Positions 1 through 9,781 of a stretch of DNA of 64,000 nt are shown here, one piece after another (within the stretch, counting starts at the first letter, position 1; every line of letters begins with the position of its first letter). The notes beneath the pieces were generated by a model that had not been told where the DNA came from, searched no databases, and saw only the letters and a list, made by a program, of their open reading frames with translations. The position numbers were made by a program, and so were the translations under genes. Source of the stretch: Deltaproteobacteria bacterium (GTDB lineage: Bacteria; Bdellovibrionota; JAJCYS01); NCBI GenBank assembly GCA_029262815.1, contig JAJCYS010000016.1, positions 411 to 64,410 on the forward strand. Reading direction: 5' to 3'.

Positions 1-1881
1 TCGCTTTCCGGCTGTCAATTTAATTAAATCGCCTGACTGAATTTTTAAGCTTTTTGCTGTTTTAGCATTCATGCACAGCGCATTATCCCAAGTTAGCTTT
101 GTCATAGGATCAGGCAGCTCTTGCAACCATCCGTTGTTACCATATCGACCGTCGTAAACCGAGGCATCCAGATGGAAGTTTAACTCCAAACCTTTTAGCT
201 CAGGAATTCTCTGGGTTTTCAAAAATTGTTTAAAAGTTGCGACATTTGACGCTGATGCAGAGGTCTGTATTTTAGATTTAGGTTTTGAAATAATGCCGTC
301 GTGAATCCAACGACGCCATTTTTTTTCGAATCCGAGCGCGCCCATCTTTTGACGCCAATGGGTTTTCGTCCACGTGTAGGTATTTGTATGCTTGCCGAGC
401 ATTTTACTTATCAAATCAATTTTGGACCAACTCTTATATAGCGGCGCAATCAACGGCTGTTGCATACTTACAACACCTTCAGGTGTTTCGAGATCGCCCC
501 AAATTTCAAACTCATGCGTCATAGGAATATGCACCGACGCAAGTTTGGTTGTTTCATTCACCCTTAAACTTAAGTGAATAGAGTTGGGCACCCGTTGTGC
601 CAGTAACGTAGCAAACTCAGACTCAGCCGCAGCATCAAATGCGGGGTTGCCACCCAGCATAATCAACGACTGCACAGCACCCTGACGGATTCGCTTCACA
701 AGCCCATCCAAAGAATTGGGGATTGGATCTGCAGCAACCAATTGAATACCACGATTGACATTGCCCAGTGCTTCGTTCAAAAGAAGGGCTAGGGCGTGAA
801 CCCACGGCGCTTGCCGCTCACCCACAACCAAAGCGCTTTTGCCTTTGTTTTGAGCTAGGTCTTTAGCCAACGTTCGTACCCATTTATCTTGTCCAAAGGA
901 AGACCCTTTTAAATAAGCAGCCCATTCTTGGCCCAACACTTTTTCATCAACTAAGGCACGCGCTAGTGCAATTAGAAAAGGGCCTATTGCTTCACTTTTG
1001 AGTCTTAATCGATGGTCTGCCATCGCGCCTGTTGTAGAAAAATTAGGCTCAACCACATACAACCGATTCATACGGTCTGTTGGGTTCATAACCCGTCGAC
1101 CCTCGCTAAATTCACGTGTCGTTGCCAAGCTGTTTTTGCTGGTACCCAAAATATCGGCATCAATAGAAACTATAGTGTTCACATGGGTCAAGTCAGTTGT
1201 AACTTCATGACGAGGAAGTCCTACAAGGGCCAATCCTTGTCTTTCATGCCACGGATACGCATGGTCATGCACAAAAAGTTCAGCCTTCGGAAATGACATC
1301 TGAAACGTACTCACCAGCGCTTTAAAAGAAGGTGACTGTTGATGCGTCATTAGGAGCGTGAGTCCAGCACCGTCGGTTTTTTTAGCCGTTTCAACTTGCT
1401 TCTTTAAATACGCCTCAGTCACATCCCATGTCGCAGGCTTGCCTTGAACCAAAGGCTGCTGACTGCGATCAGGATCATACAAATCCCAAATTGCACCCTG
1501 CATCCAAGTATTCGAAACACCCTTGCTCTTGGGATGACTCGGGTTGCCATCTACACGGGTAGGTCGACCCTCATGACTCTCAACAAGCACACCGACCACA
1601 TTCGGCCCAGCTTGCATTGAAGTCGCAAAATAGAGGGGTTTGCCAGGAATGGTATCTTCAGGTCTACGCGTATACGGCAAAATCTTTTCTGCAGGTTTTC
1701 GTACACATCCACTCAGTGAGGCCAACCCGCCTGCTGCCATAGATGTCCCTAACAATTCCAAAAAGGTCCGTCGACTTAACTTTACACCCGCCCATTCTTT
1801 TTCTTTTATCTTAGAAACAGGCTCGGTGACGCCACCTAGTCCTTCGTCAATACTACGCCAATGGCGTTTCGTATTTTCCAT
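1..1881 (-). CDS. actB: Alternative complex III subunit ActB (Tat-exported molybdopterin-oxidoreductase-like/Fe-S subunit); runs off the window start
   Basis: Manual minus-strand translation from ATG at 1881: MENTKRHWRSIDE...LSRRTFLELLG (twin-arginine)...GCVRKPAEKILPY..RPEDTIPGKPLYFAT..ESHEGRPTRVDGNPSHP, typical of the ActB N-terminus; lies directly downstream of the ActA-like cytochrome. Confidence 0.85.
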   Translation of the reverse strand, partial: MENTKRHWRSIDEGLGGVTEPVSKIKEKEWAGVKLSRRTFLELLGTSMAAGGLASLSGCVRKPAEKILPYTRRPEDTIPGKPLYFATSMQAGPNVVGVLVESHEGRPTRVDGNPSHPKSKGVSNTWMQGAIWDLYDPDRSQQPLVQGKPATWDVTEAYLKKQVETAKKTDGAGLTLLMTHQQSPSFKALVSTFQMSFPKAELFVHDHAYPWHERQGLALVGLPRHEVTTDLTHVNTIVSIDADILGTSKNSLATTREFSEGRRVMNPTDRMNRLYVVEPNFSTTGAMADHRLRLKSEAIGPFLIALARALVDEKVLGQEWAAYLKGSSFGQDKWVRTLAKDLAQNKGKSALVVGERQAPWVHALALLLNEALGNVNRGIQLVAADPIPNSLDGLVKRIRQGAVQSLIMLGGNPAFDAAAESEFATLLAQRVPNSIHLSLRVNETTKLASVHIPMTHEFEIWGDLETPEGVVSMQQPLIAPLYKSWSKIDLISKMLGKHTNTYTWTKTHWRQKMGALGFEKKWRRWIHDGIISKPKSKIQTSASASNVATFKQFLKTQRIPELKGLELNFHLDASVYDGRYGNNGWLQELPDPMTKLTWDNALCMNAKTAKSLKIQSGDLIKLTAGKR

Positions 1882-1892
1882 CACCCCTTCAC

Positions 1893-2555
1893 TTACCGAT
1901 GACATGTTGAACAATCCACTTTTGGGTTTACTTGTCTCAATCGATGTGGATCTTTGGCCGGATCATACCCAGCTTTTTTGGGATCCCATCCTAAATCTGT
2001 CACTTTATCTAGAGGCCTCAAATTAGGGCCTGGATTTCGATGGCATTCAAGACACCAGCCCATGCTTAAAGGCTGATTTTGTGTCACAACTTCCATTTGA
2101 TCTACACGACCGTGACAAGATACACAACTCACCCCAGCTGAGACATGAATACTATGGTCAAAATAAGCATAATCAGGCAGCATATGTACCCGAACCCATT
2201 CAATGGGGGTATCTTTTGCAAAACTTTCTCTCACAGGAGATAGTTTTGCACTTTCGGGCAACACATAACTATGGCAAGTCATGCAAGTTTCAGTAGGGGG
2301 TATCGAAGCTTGTGCAGCATTCTCAACCGTGTTGTGACAATACCGGCAATCCATCCCTAAGTCACCCGCATGTAATTTATGACTAAAAGGTACTGGCTGA
2401 ACTGGGGCATACCCCACATCAGTGTACTTAGGTGAAAAGTAATACCAAATAAAAGCAATACATAAGACGACACCTACTGAAATACATATGCCCAGCAGTA
2501 TCGGTACCTTATTCGCCCACTTCGGAAAGATGTTAGACACGCAAGTCCCTTTCAA
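1893..2555 (-). CDS. actA: Pentaheme cytochrome c, alternative complex III subunit ActA (probable GTG start at 2540)
   Basis: Five CxxCH motifs (CRYCH, CMTCH, CVSCH, CLECH, CSTCH), GYAPVQPVPFSHKLHAG motif, N-terminal TM helix. Confidence 0.9.
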   Translation of the reverse strand: MKGTCVSNIFPKWANKVPILLGICISVGVVLCIAFIWYYFSPKYTDVGYAPVQPVPFSHKLHAGDLGMDCRYCHNTVENAAQASIPPTETCMTCHSYVLPESAKLSPVRESFAKDTPIEWVRVHMLPDYAYFDHSIHVSAGVSCVSCHGRVDQMEVVTQNQPLSMGWCLECHRNPGPNLRPLDKVTDLGWDPKKAGYDPAKDPHRLRQVNPKVDCSTCHR

Positions 2556-2737
2556 TCAAATTTGCTTGTCAAAAAAAAAGCGACCATTTTTACATTTACT
2601 TATGTTCAGAGCTGACTGAAGCTTTTGGGCTTCCCTTAGCTCAGCAGGTAGGCTTTATTAATGCAAATAAACCCATACCCGTTCGATCATCCCTAACCTA
2701 TCACCGGCCCAAGTTCAGGTAAAGGATTTTTCTGAAC

Positions 2738-3514
2738 TTATCGAGAGCGCTGCGTCGCTTGTGAAATTCTTACTGCAAGGGCGAACATAATCAAAGCAAA
2801 TCCACCCAGTACGCCCACACAAAGTCCCAACGATGGCTCACCCTCAATCACACCACCCCAAAAACTATGCTTAAGACCTCCTACTAAATAGGACATAGGA
2901 TTTAAGCCCATGAGAAATCCTAAATATTTACCCGAAACAGGAAAGAGAGCCCCTGACGCCGCCCACAAAGGCAACAACACAACACTCATTACCCCATGAA
3001 AGGCAGCTGTTGAATTCAACACCCATGCCAAGGCAAAAGTTAAACATGTCGTACCAAAAGCACCCATCACCACGACAGCCGAAAGTAAAGGCCATGATAT
3101 ATGGGCGGTCGAAACATCCGTGACGGGTATTAAACAAACCAGTAGCCCTACCTGAATACATGTAATAGATACAATACCCAACACTTTTCCCAATACCAGC
3201 GACCAACGGGGGCCTGGCACAATCAGCATGGACTGCAAAAACCCGCTTTGTCGATCTTCAATCAAAGTCATGGAACCAAACAAAGAGGTAAAAAGTAAAC
3301 ATAAGGCGATCATACCGGGGAAAAAGTAAGTCAACGCGTTGAGTGACGTCTGCTCAGGTCTCATAACTTGAAACACATCAGCCATACCAAGGCCTAACAA
3401 AGTCCAAAAAATAATGGGTTGAAGAATCACACCCACCCAGCGTGAAAGCTCCTTGCGTGTACGCAAAAGCTCTCGCCACCACAACACACGAACCACAGCG
3501 ATGGCATACATCAT
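2738..3514 (-). CDS. ABC-2 type transporter permease
   Basis: Six hydrophobic segments, FFPGMIA, EDRQSGFL and LNPMSY motifs; coupled to an ABC ATPase. Confidence 0.85.
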   Translation of the reverse strand: MMYAIAVVRVLWWRELLRTRKELSRWVGVILQPIIFWTLLGLGMADVFQVMRPEQTSLNALTYFFPGMIALCLLFTSLFGSMTLIEDRQSGFLQSMLIVPGPRWSLVLGKVLGIVSITCIQVGLLVCLIPVTDVSTAHISWPLLSAVVVMGAFGTTCLTFALAWVLNSTAAFHGVMSVVLLPLWAASGALFPVSGKYLGFLMGLNPMSYLVGGLKHSFWGGVIEGEPSLGLCVGVLGGFALIMFALAVRISQATQRSR

Positions 3515-4440
3515 TTTGCACCGGCCTCTTGTCGTTCACCCAAAGGTTTGCCTGTAATCTTCACAAACACATCAGCTAAGCTGGGAGATTTCAATCGAAT
3601 CGATGATATTGCAACCTCTTTTAGAAGAGGAAGGATCTTCGGCAATAATAGATGACCCGCTTCACACTCTAAATAAACGGACCGCCCGCTGTGAAAGCTC
3701 CTATTTGACAGGGTGTCTTGTAATTGACGTGATAAAGATTCAGGTTGAGTGGTTTCCAACTCCACCAAGTCATGCGAGACCCTTTTTCTGAGTTCATCGG
3801 GCGATCCTTGTGCAACAATACTTCCTTCATCAAGGACAAAAAGATGATCGCACCGCTCGGCTTCATCCGATCGATGGGTTGCCAACAGGATAGTCACATT
3901 TTCCTTATGCTTTTCTAATCCGTCCCAAAAAAATCTAAAATGATGTTCGTCCAACCCTACGGTTGGTTCATCCAAAAAAAGCAGGGTAGGTTCCGGCAAT
4001 AATGCTCTAACTAAGTCCACACGCCTTTTTAATCCAGCTGAAAGATGGCCCACAGGATCATTTCGCCTGTCTTGCAACCCATGTTGAGACAACATCCTAT
4101 CTATTCTCTTTTGCACATTTGGAATTTGATACGCCCATGCCGTCAAGCGCAAATTTTCCTGTACGGTGAGTTTGTCATCTAAGCTGAGGTTCTGAAACAC
4201 CATGCCGATGCAGGCTTTTTGAGATCGCGTGAGCTGAGTGATTGGTTTTCCAAAAACAGTAAGCGTTCCTAGCCGAGGCGTCAACTCTCCAGCTAAAATC
4301 GACATGACAGTCGATTTCCCACATCCATTGCGGCCTAACAAACCACAGATGGAACCTTTATGCACATCTAAAGACAGGCCATTCAACACGGGTCGACGGT
4401 CATAGGCAAACCACAAATCGGTCAAGGTCAGGACAGACAC
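3511..4440 (-). CDS. ABC transporter ATP-binding protein (DrrA-like)
   Basis: Walker A GRNGCGKS, LSAG signature, Walker B LLFLDEPT. Confidence 0.9.
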   Translation of the reverse strand: MSVLTLTDLWFAYDRRPVLNGLSLDVHKGSICGLLGRNGCGKSTVMSILAGELTPRLGTLTVFGKPITQLTRSQKACIGMVFQNLSLDDKLTVQENLRLTAWAYQIPNVQKRIDRMLSQHGLQDRRNDPVGHLSAGLKRRVDLVRALLPEPTLLFLDEPTVGLDEHHFRFFWDGLEKHKENVTILLATHRSDEAERCDHLFVLDEGSIVAQGSPDELRKRVSHDLVELETTQPESLSRQLQDTLSNRSFHSGRSVYLECEAGHLLLPKILPLLKEVAISSIRLKSPSLADVFVKITGKPLGERQEAGAK

Positions 4441-5301
4441 TTAGAAAACCTGATCCAAAATCAGTCCCAATACAATAAGAGGCAAATAAACCAGAGAACT
4501 TCTAAAAAAATGTCGTGCCCACACCACAACCGGTTTATCTGTAGTCCATCCTTTTACAGCATAAACCAAATAAAGTAGCCCAGCACATGCTGCACATATG
4601 CCGTAGGCCCAACTTGCAACATCATAGGTGATCAGTAAAAAACTCGTACCGATCAGAGCGAGCGTGTACATCAAGGCTTGCCATTTGGCGACCTCTATAC
4701 CCCACGAATGAGCAACCGTTTGGATACCTGCTCGTTGATAGTCCTCGAAGCAATAAATTGAAATGGCCAAAAAATGGGGCATTTGCCAAAAAAATACGAT
4801 CAAAAATAATATGTTTCCTGCTGCACTAAACTCGCCGAGCATCGCGACCCACCCGATCAACGGCGGCATCGCGCCGGGCACAGCACCAATCACCAAGGCC
4901 CAAGGCGTTACACGTTTTAAAGGCGTGTAGAGTGCCACGTAGAGTCCCCAACTTATGACTGCGAGGCCCATCACAAGACCATCATCTAACACCCAAAATC
5001 CGAGTAAACTCACAACGCCTAACACAATCCCCAACCCCAACGCACTTCGAGCCGACATACGCCCAGATGGCAAGGGTCTATTTCGCGTACGTGCCATGAG
5101 CCCATCTGTTTCTCGTTCAAGGTACATATTAAAGACATTCGCTGAAGCGACGATTAAAGCGGTTGCAATCATGGTCAAAAGTGCTCGAAATTCATCGAAC
5201 TGTGGTGCTAGCGCCATTGCGCCACCCGTCATGACCAAAACCATAAAAACGATTCTTGGTTTTGTTAGCGCAATTGCATCTTGCAATTTAAACTCTTTCA
5301 T
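4441..5301 (-). CDS. ctaB: Protoheme IX farnesyltransferase (heme o synthase)
   Basis: LTKPRI, D-x-x-MARTRNRPLPSGR, YTPLKR, FFWQMPHFLAI motifs. Confidence 0.93.
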   Translation of the reverse strand: MKEFKLQDAIALTKPRIVFMVLVMTGGAMALAPQFDEFRALLTMIATALIVASANVFNMYLERETDGLMARTRNRPLPSGRMSARSALGLGIVLGVVSLLGFWVLDDGLVMGLAVISWGLYVALYTPLKRVTPWALVIGAVPGAMPPLIGWVAMLGEFSAAGNILFLIVFFWQMPHFLAISIYCFEDYQRAGIQTVAHSWGIEVAKWQALMYTLALIGTSFLLITYDVASWAYGICAACAGLLYLVYAVKGWTTDKPVVVWARHFFRSSLVYLPLIVLGLILDQVF

Positions 5302-6236
5302 ACCTTTGACTCCTCTAACCTATCTTGGTGGCCATGCCCGATTCGCAACAAAACCAACACACATCCTGTCAACAACAGGACTGCACCGGCCAGATGCGCG
5401 ACCACTTGCCACACCCCAATATTACTCATCACTGTTAAAAATCCAAGCATCACTTGTAATACGACCAACCACGGCAGACTTAATAGCAGCGCTCGTACCC
5501 CATTCGAACCGATCGTTCGAACGTAGGGGGTCACTCTGACACACATCACAACAATGAATAATGCCACTGCATAGGCTAAGAAACGGTGGAACATATGTAA
5601 GTGCCCGAGACCATGAGTCGGCATCAACGCACCTTGACACAAAAAAGGATCAAGGCCACATATTCGGCCTGCATTCATATGGCGTACCAATGCGCCGATT
5701 AACATTTGAAGAAATACAAAATGCGTCCCCGCTATCAACCACCTGCGGGCTGAAGCATAAGCAACATCTTTTTTTCGATCCCTTACTGATACTCGATCTC
5801 CTTGCCACAGTTTGAAAGCAATGAGCACGAGTGTTAAAAAGAAAATGATTGAGAGGCCAAAGTGCGCAACTGAGACCATCGTAGGTAATTGATACAACAC
5901 AGTAAGCCCACCGAGCACTCCTTGAACAATAACCATAAATAGTGCACCCAATGTAAGAAATCGTATGGCTCGAGTGACGGCTGGACTTGCCACAAGCACC
6001 CAAACACACAAAATAGTAGTCAGCGCGCCTACTAATGTAGCCATCAGGCGATGTGAATGTTCGAAAAACACCCCTCCGGTCATCTCTGGATAAAATGTGC
6101 CAAAGCAGTTGGGCCAATCAGGACATGCGAGGGATGACCCCGTAGGATTCACCGTTCCACCGATAAGCAATAATAAAAAAGTGGCACCTATTGTTACACA
6201 TGCCAATATAAAGAGACCTGTTCGATTTTGACTCAT
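5298..6236 (-). CDS. ctaA: Heme a synthase (CtaA/Cox15 family)
   Basis: LACPDWPNCFG, EHSHR, HMFHR conserved His motifs; eight TM segments. Confidence 0.9.
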   Translation of the reverse strand: MSQNRTGLFILACVTIGATFLLLLIGGTVNPTGSSLACPDWPNCFGTFYPEMTGGVFFEHSHRLMATLVGALTTILCVWVLVASPAVTRAIRFLTLGALFMVIVQGVLGGLTVLYQLPTMVSVAHFGLSIIFFLTLVLIAFKLWQGDRVSVRDRKKDVAYASARRWLIAGTHFVFLQMLIGALVRHMNAGRICGLDPFLCQGALMPTHGLGHLHMFHRFLAYAVALFIVVMCVRVTPYVRTIGSNGVRALLLSLPWLVVLQVMLGFLTVMSNIGVWQVVAHLAGAVLLLTGCVLVLLRIGHGHQDRLEESKV

Positions 6237-6646
6237 AAATAAGGATCACAATGTTTTGCTAACGCTCGGTATGCAATCGTGCATACTTTCTTCGTATAGC
6301 GGTTTTTCTTTTTTCGTTGGCACACCGAGTACCCAAATCGCGTAGTTCTTATATCTTCTTTCTTTAAGGTTTTGCAATAGCCAGCTCGAGATTTCCCTGA
6401 TAAGCAAGATTGCATCAATACAGGAACTGAGGCAACACATAAACTCTTCATCGCTTTACAGTGAGGGGCCCAGGCTATCAGTTCATCTAAACACTCTTCT
6501 ACGGTCAGGGTATTCCCGATTTGAAGTAAATGGGTTTTTTGTTGAGTAATATCGAGATTTGAGACCTTCAGATTGTAATAAACGAGGGACCCTAGCCCTA
6601 CTGAAATCAGCAGTAAGGTCACAACTATTTTTAGCCCATTTGTCAT
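6233..6646 (-). CDS. Hypothetical membrane-anchored Cys-rich protein (8 Cys)
   Basis: 137-aa ORF with N-terminal TM; stop overlaps the ctaA start. Confidence 0.6.
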   Translation of the reverse strand: MTNGLKIVVTLLLISVGLGSLVYYNLKVSNLDITQQKTHLLQIGNTLTVEECLDELIAWAPHCKAMKSLCVASVPVLMQSCLSGKSRAGYCKTLKKEDIRTTRFGYSVCQRKKKNRYTKKVCTIAYRALAKHCDPYL

Positions 6647-6687
6647 GCTTATTCTCGTCTATCTACACCCATGGTATTTTGCTGAAT

Positions 6688-7017
6688 ATGGAACCAAACA
6701 ACTTATTCACTCACTTACCTGATCCCTCGAAAGCAGAGATATTTGAAGATCTCCTCAAGACATCCCATTTCAGGGTAGAACGTATCACATCTCAAGGCCA
6801 AACGACAGATTCCTGGTTTGATCAGGACACCCATGAGTGGGTTGTTTTACTAAAGGGAAAAGCAACCCTAGAATTTGAGCAACCCCCTAGTTTAGTTACG
6901 TTAAATCCTGGAGATTATATTCAAATTTCCGCCCATGTGAAACACCGCGTCACATGGACAGACCCTAACCAAAAAACAGTATGGCTTGCTATCCACTTCA
7001 ATGAAAAGGAAGATTGA
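6688..7017 (+). CDS. Cupin domain protein
   Basis: ERITSQGQ..WFDQDTHEWVVLLKG..PGDYIQISAHVKHRVTWT cupin pattern; start taken at MEPNNLF (6688). Confidence 0.85.
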   Translation: MEPNNLFTHLPDPSKAEIFEDLLKTSHFRVERITSQGQTTDSWFDQDTHEWVVLLKGKATLEFEQPPSLVTLNPGDYIQISAHVKHRVTWTDPNQKTVWLAIHFNEKED

Positions 7018-7112
7018 GAAAGTCGCGACTTGAATTCGACCCCTTCTTTCTCGTCTATACCCACGCCTTAAGTATTTTCCGTATACGCCGAATAAACCTA
7101 TAGGAGATCAAG

Positions 7113-7388
7113 ATGGGTCGTGTATGGAGTGTATGTGTTATTAGTTTATTGTTTTTTGGATGTACATCAACGAATCGAACCAACCCTCACAACGAGATTG
7201 CGGGCGAAGAAGCACGGGCAATACAATGCCTGAATTCTGACGACCCCAGTCAGTGTGGATCCGCAGGATATACCCCACTTGAACCGGGATACTATAGAGC
7301 GGCTGATGAATTCACAAATTTACCTAAATTTTCAGAAGAGCCACCGCCCGTTTATTTTACGGATTCAGAGCCTTTGCCCCTGTTTTAG
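7113..7388 (+). CDS. Small hypothetical lipoprotein
   Basis: AGGAG RBS upstream; signal peptide with lipobox-like FFGC. Confidence 0.55.
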   Translation: MGRVWSVCVISLLFFGCTSTNRTNPHNEIAGEEARAIQCLNSDDPSQCGSAGYTPLEPGYYRAADEFTNLPKFSEEPPPVYFTDSEPLPLF

Positions 7389-8611
7389 AGGAGTAGTACA
7401 TCGTCAACGCTGACAACTATAGGGCCATCGGAGAAAGTCACATTCAGACGCTCTTTGAGCTTAACCCCTTTGGCTTGTGTCACAATCTGTTGCCCCTTAA
7501 CCCTAGATACTAAGGCGTACCCCCTTTCAAGTACGGCTTTGGGATTCAGGGCCTCTAATGCTTCCAATAATCGCTGGATCTTATTTTTTTCGAGCTGAAT
7601 CAAATCGCCCATTGCGCCATGAAGCTCATGCAGCTTATGTTCAAGCACTTGTTTCTGAAGCTCAATACGATGTCTGGGATGAACCAACTGATGAAATAAA
7701 GATTCTAAATGTTTTTTTTCAGATGCAAGTCGACCCGTGAACAAGTCATCCAATCGATGTCGGCTTTGACGTAAGTCATCTGACAACTCTTCATACACCG
7801 GCACTACGCATTCCGCTGCAGCAGAAGGTGTGGGCGCACGGAGGTCCGCCACAAAATCGCAAATTGTAAAATCAATTTCATGTCCCACGGCTGACACAAC
7901 AGGGATGTCGCACTGGAAGATAGTCTCTGCAAGTGTCTCATCGTTAAAGCACCAGAGATCTTCGATGCTTCCCCCACCACGCGTCATGACAATCACATCC
8001 ACATGTTTGAGACGTTGAGCCGTACTCAAAGCCGAAATTAGGTCCTCAGGTGCATCCTTTCCTTGTACGGAAGCAGGATAAATTTCGATGGGTAGTGTAG
8101 GAAACCTTCGGGAGACAATATTCAAAAAATCAGCTAAGGCTGCAGCTTTGAGCGATGTCACCACGCCCACACACCTTGGCAACTTGGGTAAGGGCGTCTG
8201 CTTATCAAACCACCCTTTCTCAGAAAGTCGTCGCTTGCGAGCCTCGAATTCTGCCTGTAAGGCTCCATGGCCCACTTGCTCGGCAGCAGACGCTATTATC
8301 TGATAGGACCCTTGAGGTCCGTACACAGAAAGCTTTCCTTTGACGATGACTTCAATCCCATCTTGCCACTTAAAATCTGGAGCCAATCGACTGGCTTGAT
8401 GCCGAAACATCACACACTTGATCTGTGTGTCTTGATCCTTCAGTGTGGCATAGATATGGCCTGAGCCTGGTACACGCACGTTGCTCAATTCACCTCTGAC
8501 CCAAAATTCAGGAAACATTCCTTCAAGCATTTCCTTGATTGACAGCGTTAGCTCTGAAACACTTAGCGGTCTGTCTTTTGCATTATTTTCACAAATAGGC
8601 TGTAGAGTCAT
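7385..8611 (-). CDS. xseA: Exodeoxyribonuclease VII large subunit
   Basis: WVRGELSN..SGHIYATLKD, RGGGSIEDLWCFN, VVSAVGHEIDFTICDFVADLRAPTPSAAAE. Confidence 0.96.
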   Translation of the reverse strand: MTLQPICENNAKDRPLSVSELTLSIKEMLEGMFPEFWVRGELSNVRVPGSGHIYATLKDQDTQIKCVMFRHQASRLAPDFKWQDGIEVIVKGKLSVYGPQGSYQIIASAAEQVGHGALQAEFEARKRRLSEKGWFDKQTPLPKLPRCVGVVTSLKAAALADFLNIVSRRFPTLPIEIYPASVQGKDAPEDLISALSTAQRLKHVDVIVMTRGGGSIEDLWCFNDETLAETIFQCDIPVVSAVGHEIDFTICDFVADLRAPTPSAAAECVVPVYEELSDDLRQSRHRLDDLFTGRLASEKKHLESLFHQLVHPRHRIELQKQVLEHKLHELHGAMGDLIQLEKNKIQRLLEALEALNPKAVLERGYALVSRVKGQQIVTQAKGVKLKERLNVTFSDGPIVVSVDDVLLL

Positions 8612-8704
8612 AAGGTAAAAGTCCTCAAAAAATTATATTATGGGTGCTTCTGTCTAGAAAAAGCATATCCCTGTCCCAGTTCCACAAGCTATAGTGAAAC
8701 CATT

Positions 8705-9781
8705 ATGAAGGCCATTATAGTGCTCTTACGCTGGATCGTGGGAACATTTCATAAGCTACTGAATTTATACCCTTCTCCTGAAGGCGCGCACACTCTCTTT
8801 GTCCGATGTGCCACTTGGCCTATACTAAAACCGTCTCTCATATGGCTGTTTAAAAAATGCCAGACACCCAATCCATCACCTAAACCCATCCAGATTGAGG
8901 GCCTTTGCCTGGAACATCCCTTTGGGGTCGCCGCAGGGTTTGACAAGAACGGTGTACTCATTGAAATCTTAGACGCGTTGGGGTTTGGATTTATTGAAGT
9001 AGGCACCGTTACACCCAACCCACAGATAGGGAACCCCAAACCTCGAATCCACAAATGGCGAAAGAAACAGATCATGATTAACGCAATGGGATTTAACAAT
9101 GATGGCATCCTAGCCATGAAAAAGCAGTTATCATCTTTGCCTAAACCGTTACTCAAGAAAATATTGGTCAGCATAAGCAAAAATAAAAACTCACCTGCTT
9201 TATTGGCTGATTTTGGAATCGGATGCCGTGAGGTGTGGCATTTGTGTGGCGGCATCACCGTCAATCTCTCTTCACCAAATACTCAAGGGCTGCGTGGGTT
9301 TCAAAGCAGTGAGGAAATCAGTGCTATTAGCGATTGCTTTAAGAAACTTCAAGATGAGTTTGGGCCTACAGCGCTTTACACCGAACCTCGTACACCTGCT
9401 TTATTTTGCAAATTGTCACCCGATTTGTCCGACGATCAACTTAAAGCCTGTTTAGATGCTCTACGTGATTCCGCATTCTCTGGTGTTATTCTTACAAATA
9501 CGACGATTGATTTAGGTGAATTCAAAACCACACATACGGGGGGCTTAAGTGGCCGTCCCCTAAAAGAAAAAGCTGATCGAATATTAAAATTGGCAACTCA
9601 GCACACCCGTGGCACTTTGTTTACTATTGGCGTGGGTGGCATTTTATCTCAGCAAGATGCGTCAGATAAATTCTCTTCAGGTGCTCGAGCCATCCAACTA
9701 TACTCAGGATTGATTTTCAAAGGCCCCGGATTATTGTGGCAACTCACAGATTCGGCGTTTGAAACTGAAAGGTGTTCATGA
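8705..9781 (+). CDS. pyrD: Dihydroorotate dehydrogenase (quinone-dependent, class 2)
   Basis: GVAAGFDKNG, GTVTPNPQIGNPKPR, NLSSPNTQGLR, GGLSGRPL. Confidence 0.93.
   Translation: MKAIIVLLRWIVGTFHKLLNLYPSPEGAHTLFVRCATWPILKPSLIWLFKKCQTPNPSPKPIQIEGLCLEHPFGVAAGFDKNGVLIEILDALGFGFIEVGTVTPNPQIGNPKPRIHKWRKKQIMINAMGFNNDGILAMKKQLSSLPKPLLKKILVSISKNKNSPALLADFGIGCREVWHLCGGITVNLSSPNTQGLRGFQSSEEISAISDCFKKLQDEFGPTALYTEPRTPALFCKLSPDLSDDQLKACLDALRDSAFSGVILTNTTIDLGEFKTTHTGGLSGRPLKEKADRILKLATQHTRGTLFTIGVGGILSQQDASDKFSSGARAIQLYSGLIFKGPGLLWQLTDSAFETERCS

Noticed and set aside
392-2296. Short plus-strand ORFs at the window start, and similar shadow ORFs throughout
   Set aside because: Antisense or out-of-frame to well-supported genes (actB, actA and others) with no recognisable motifs
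2660-2737. 6S RNA or riboswitch
   Set aside because: Only superficial resemblance; no complementary 5' arm or conserved riboswitch core found
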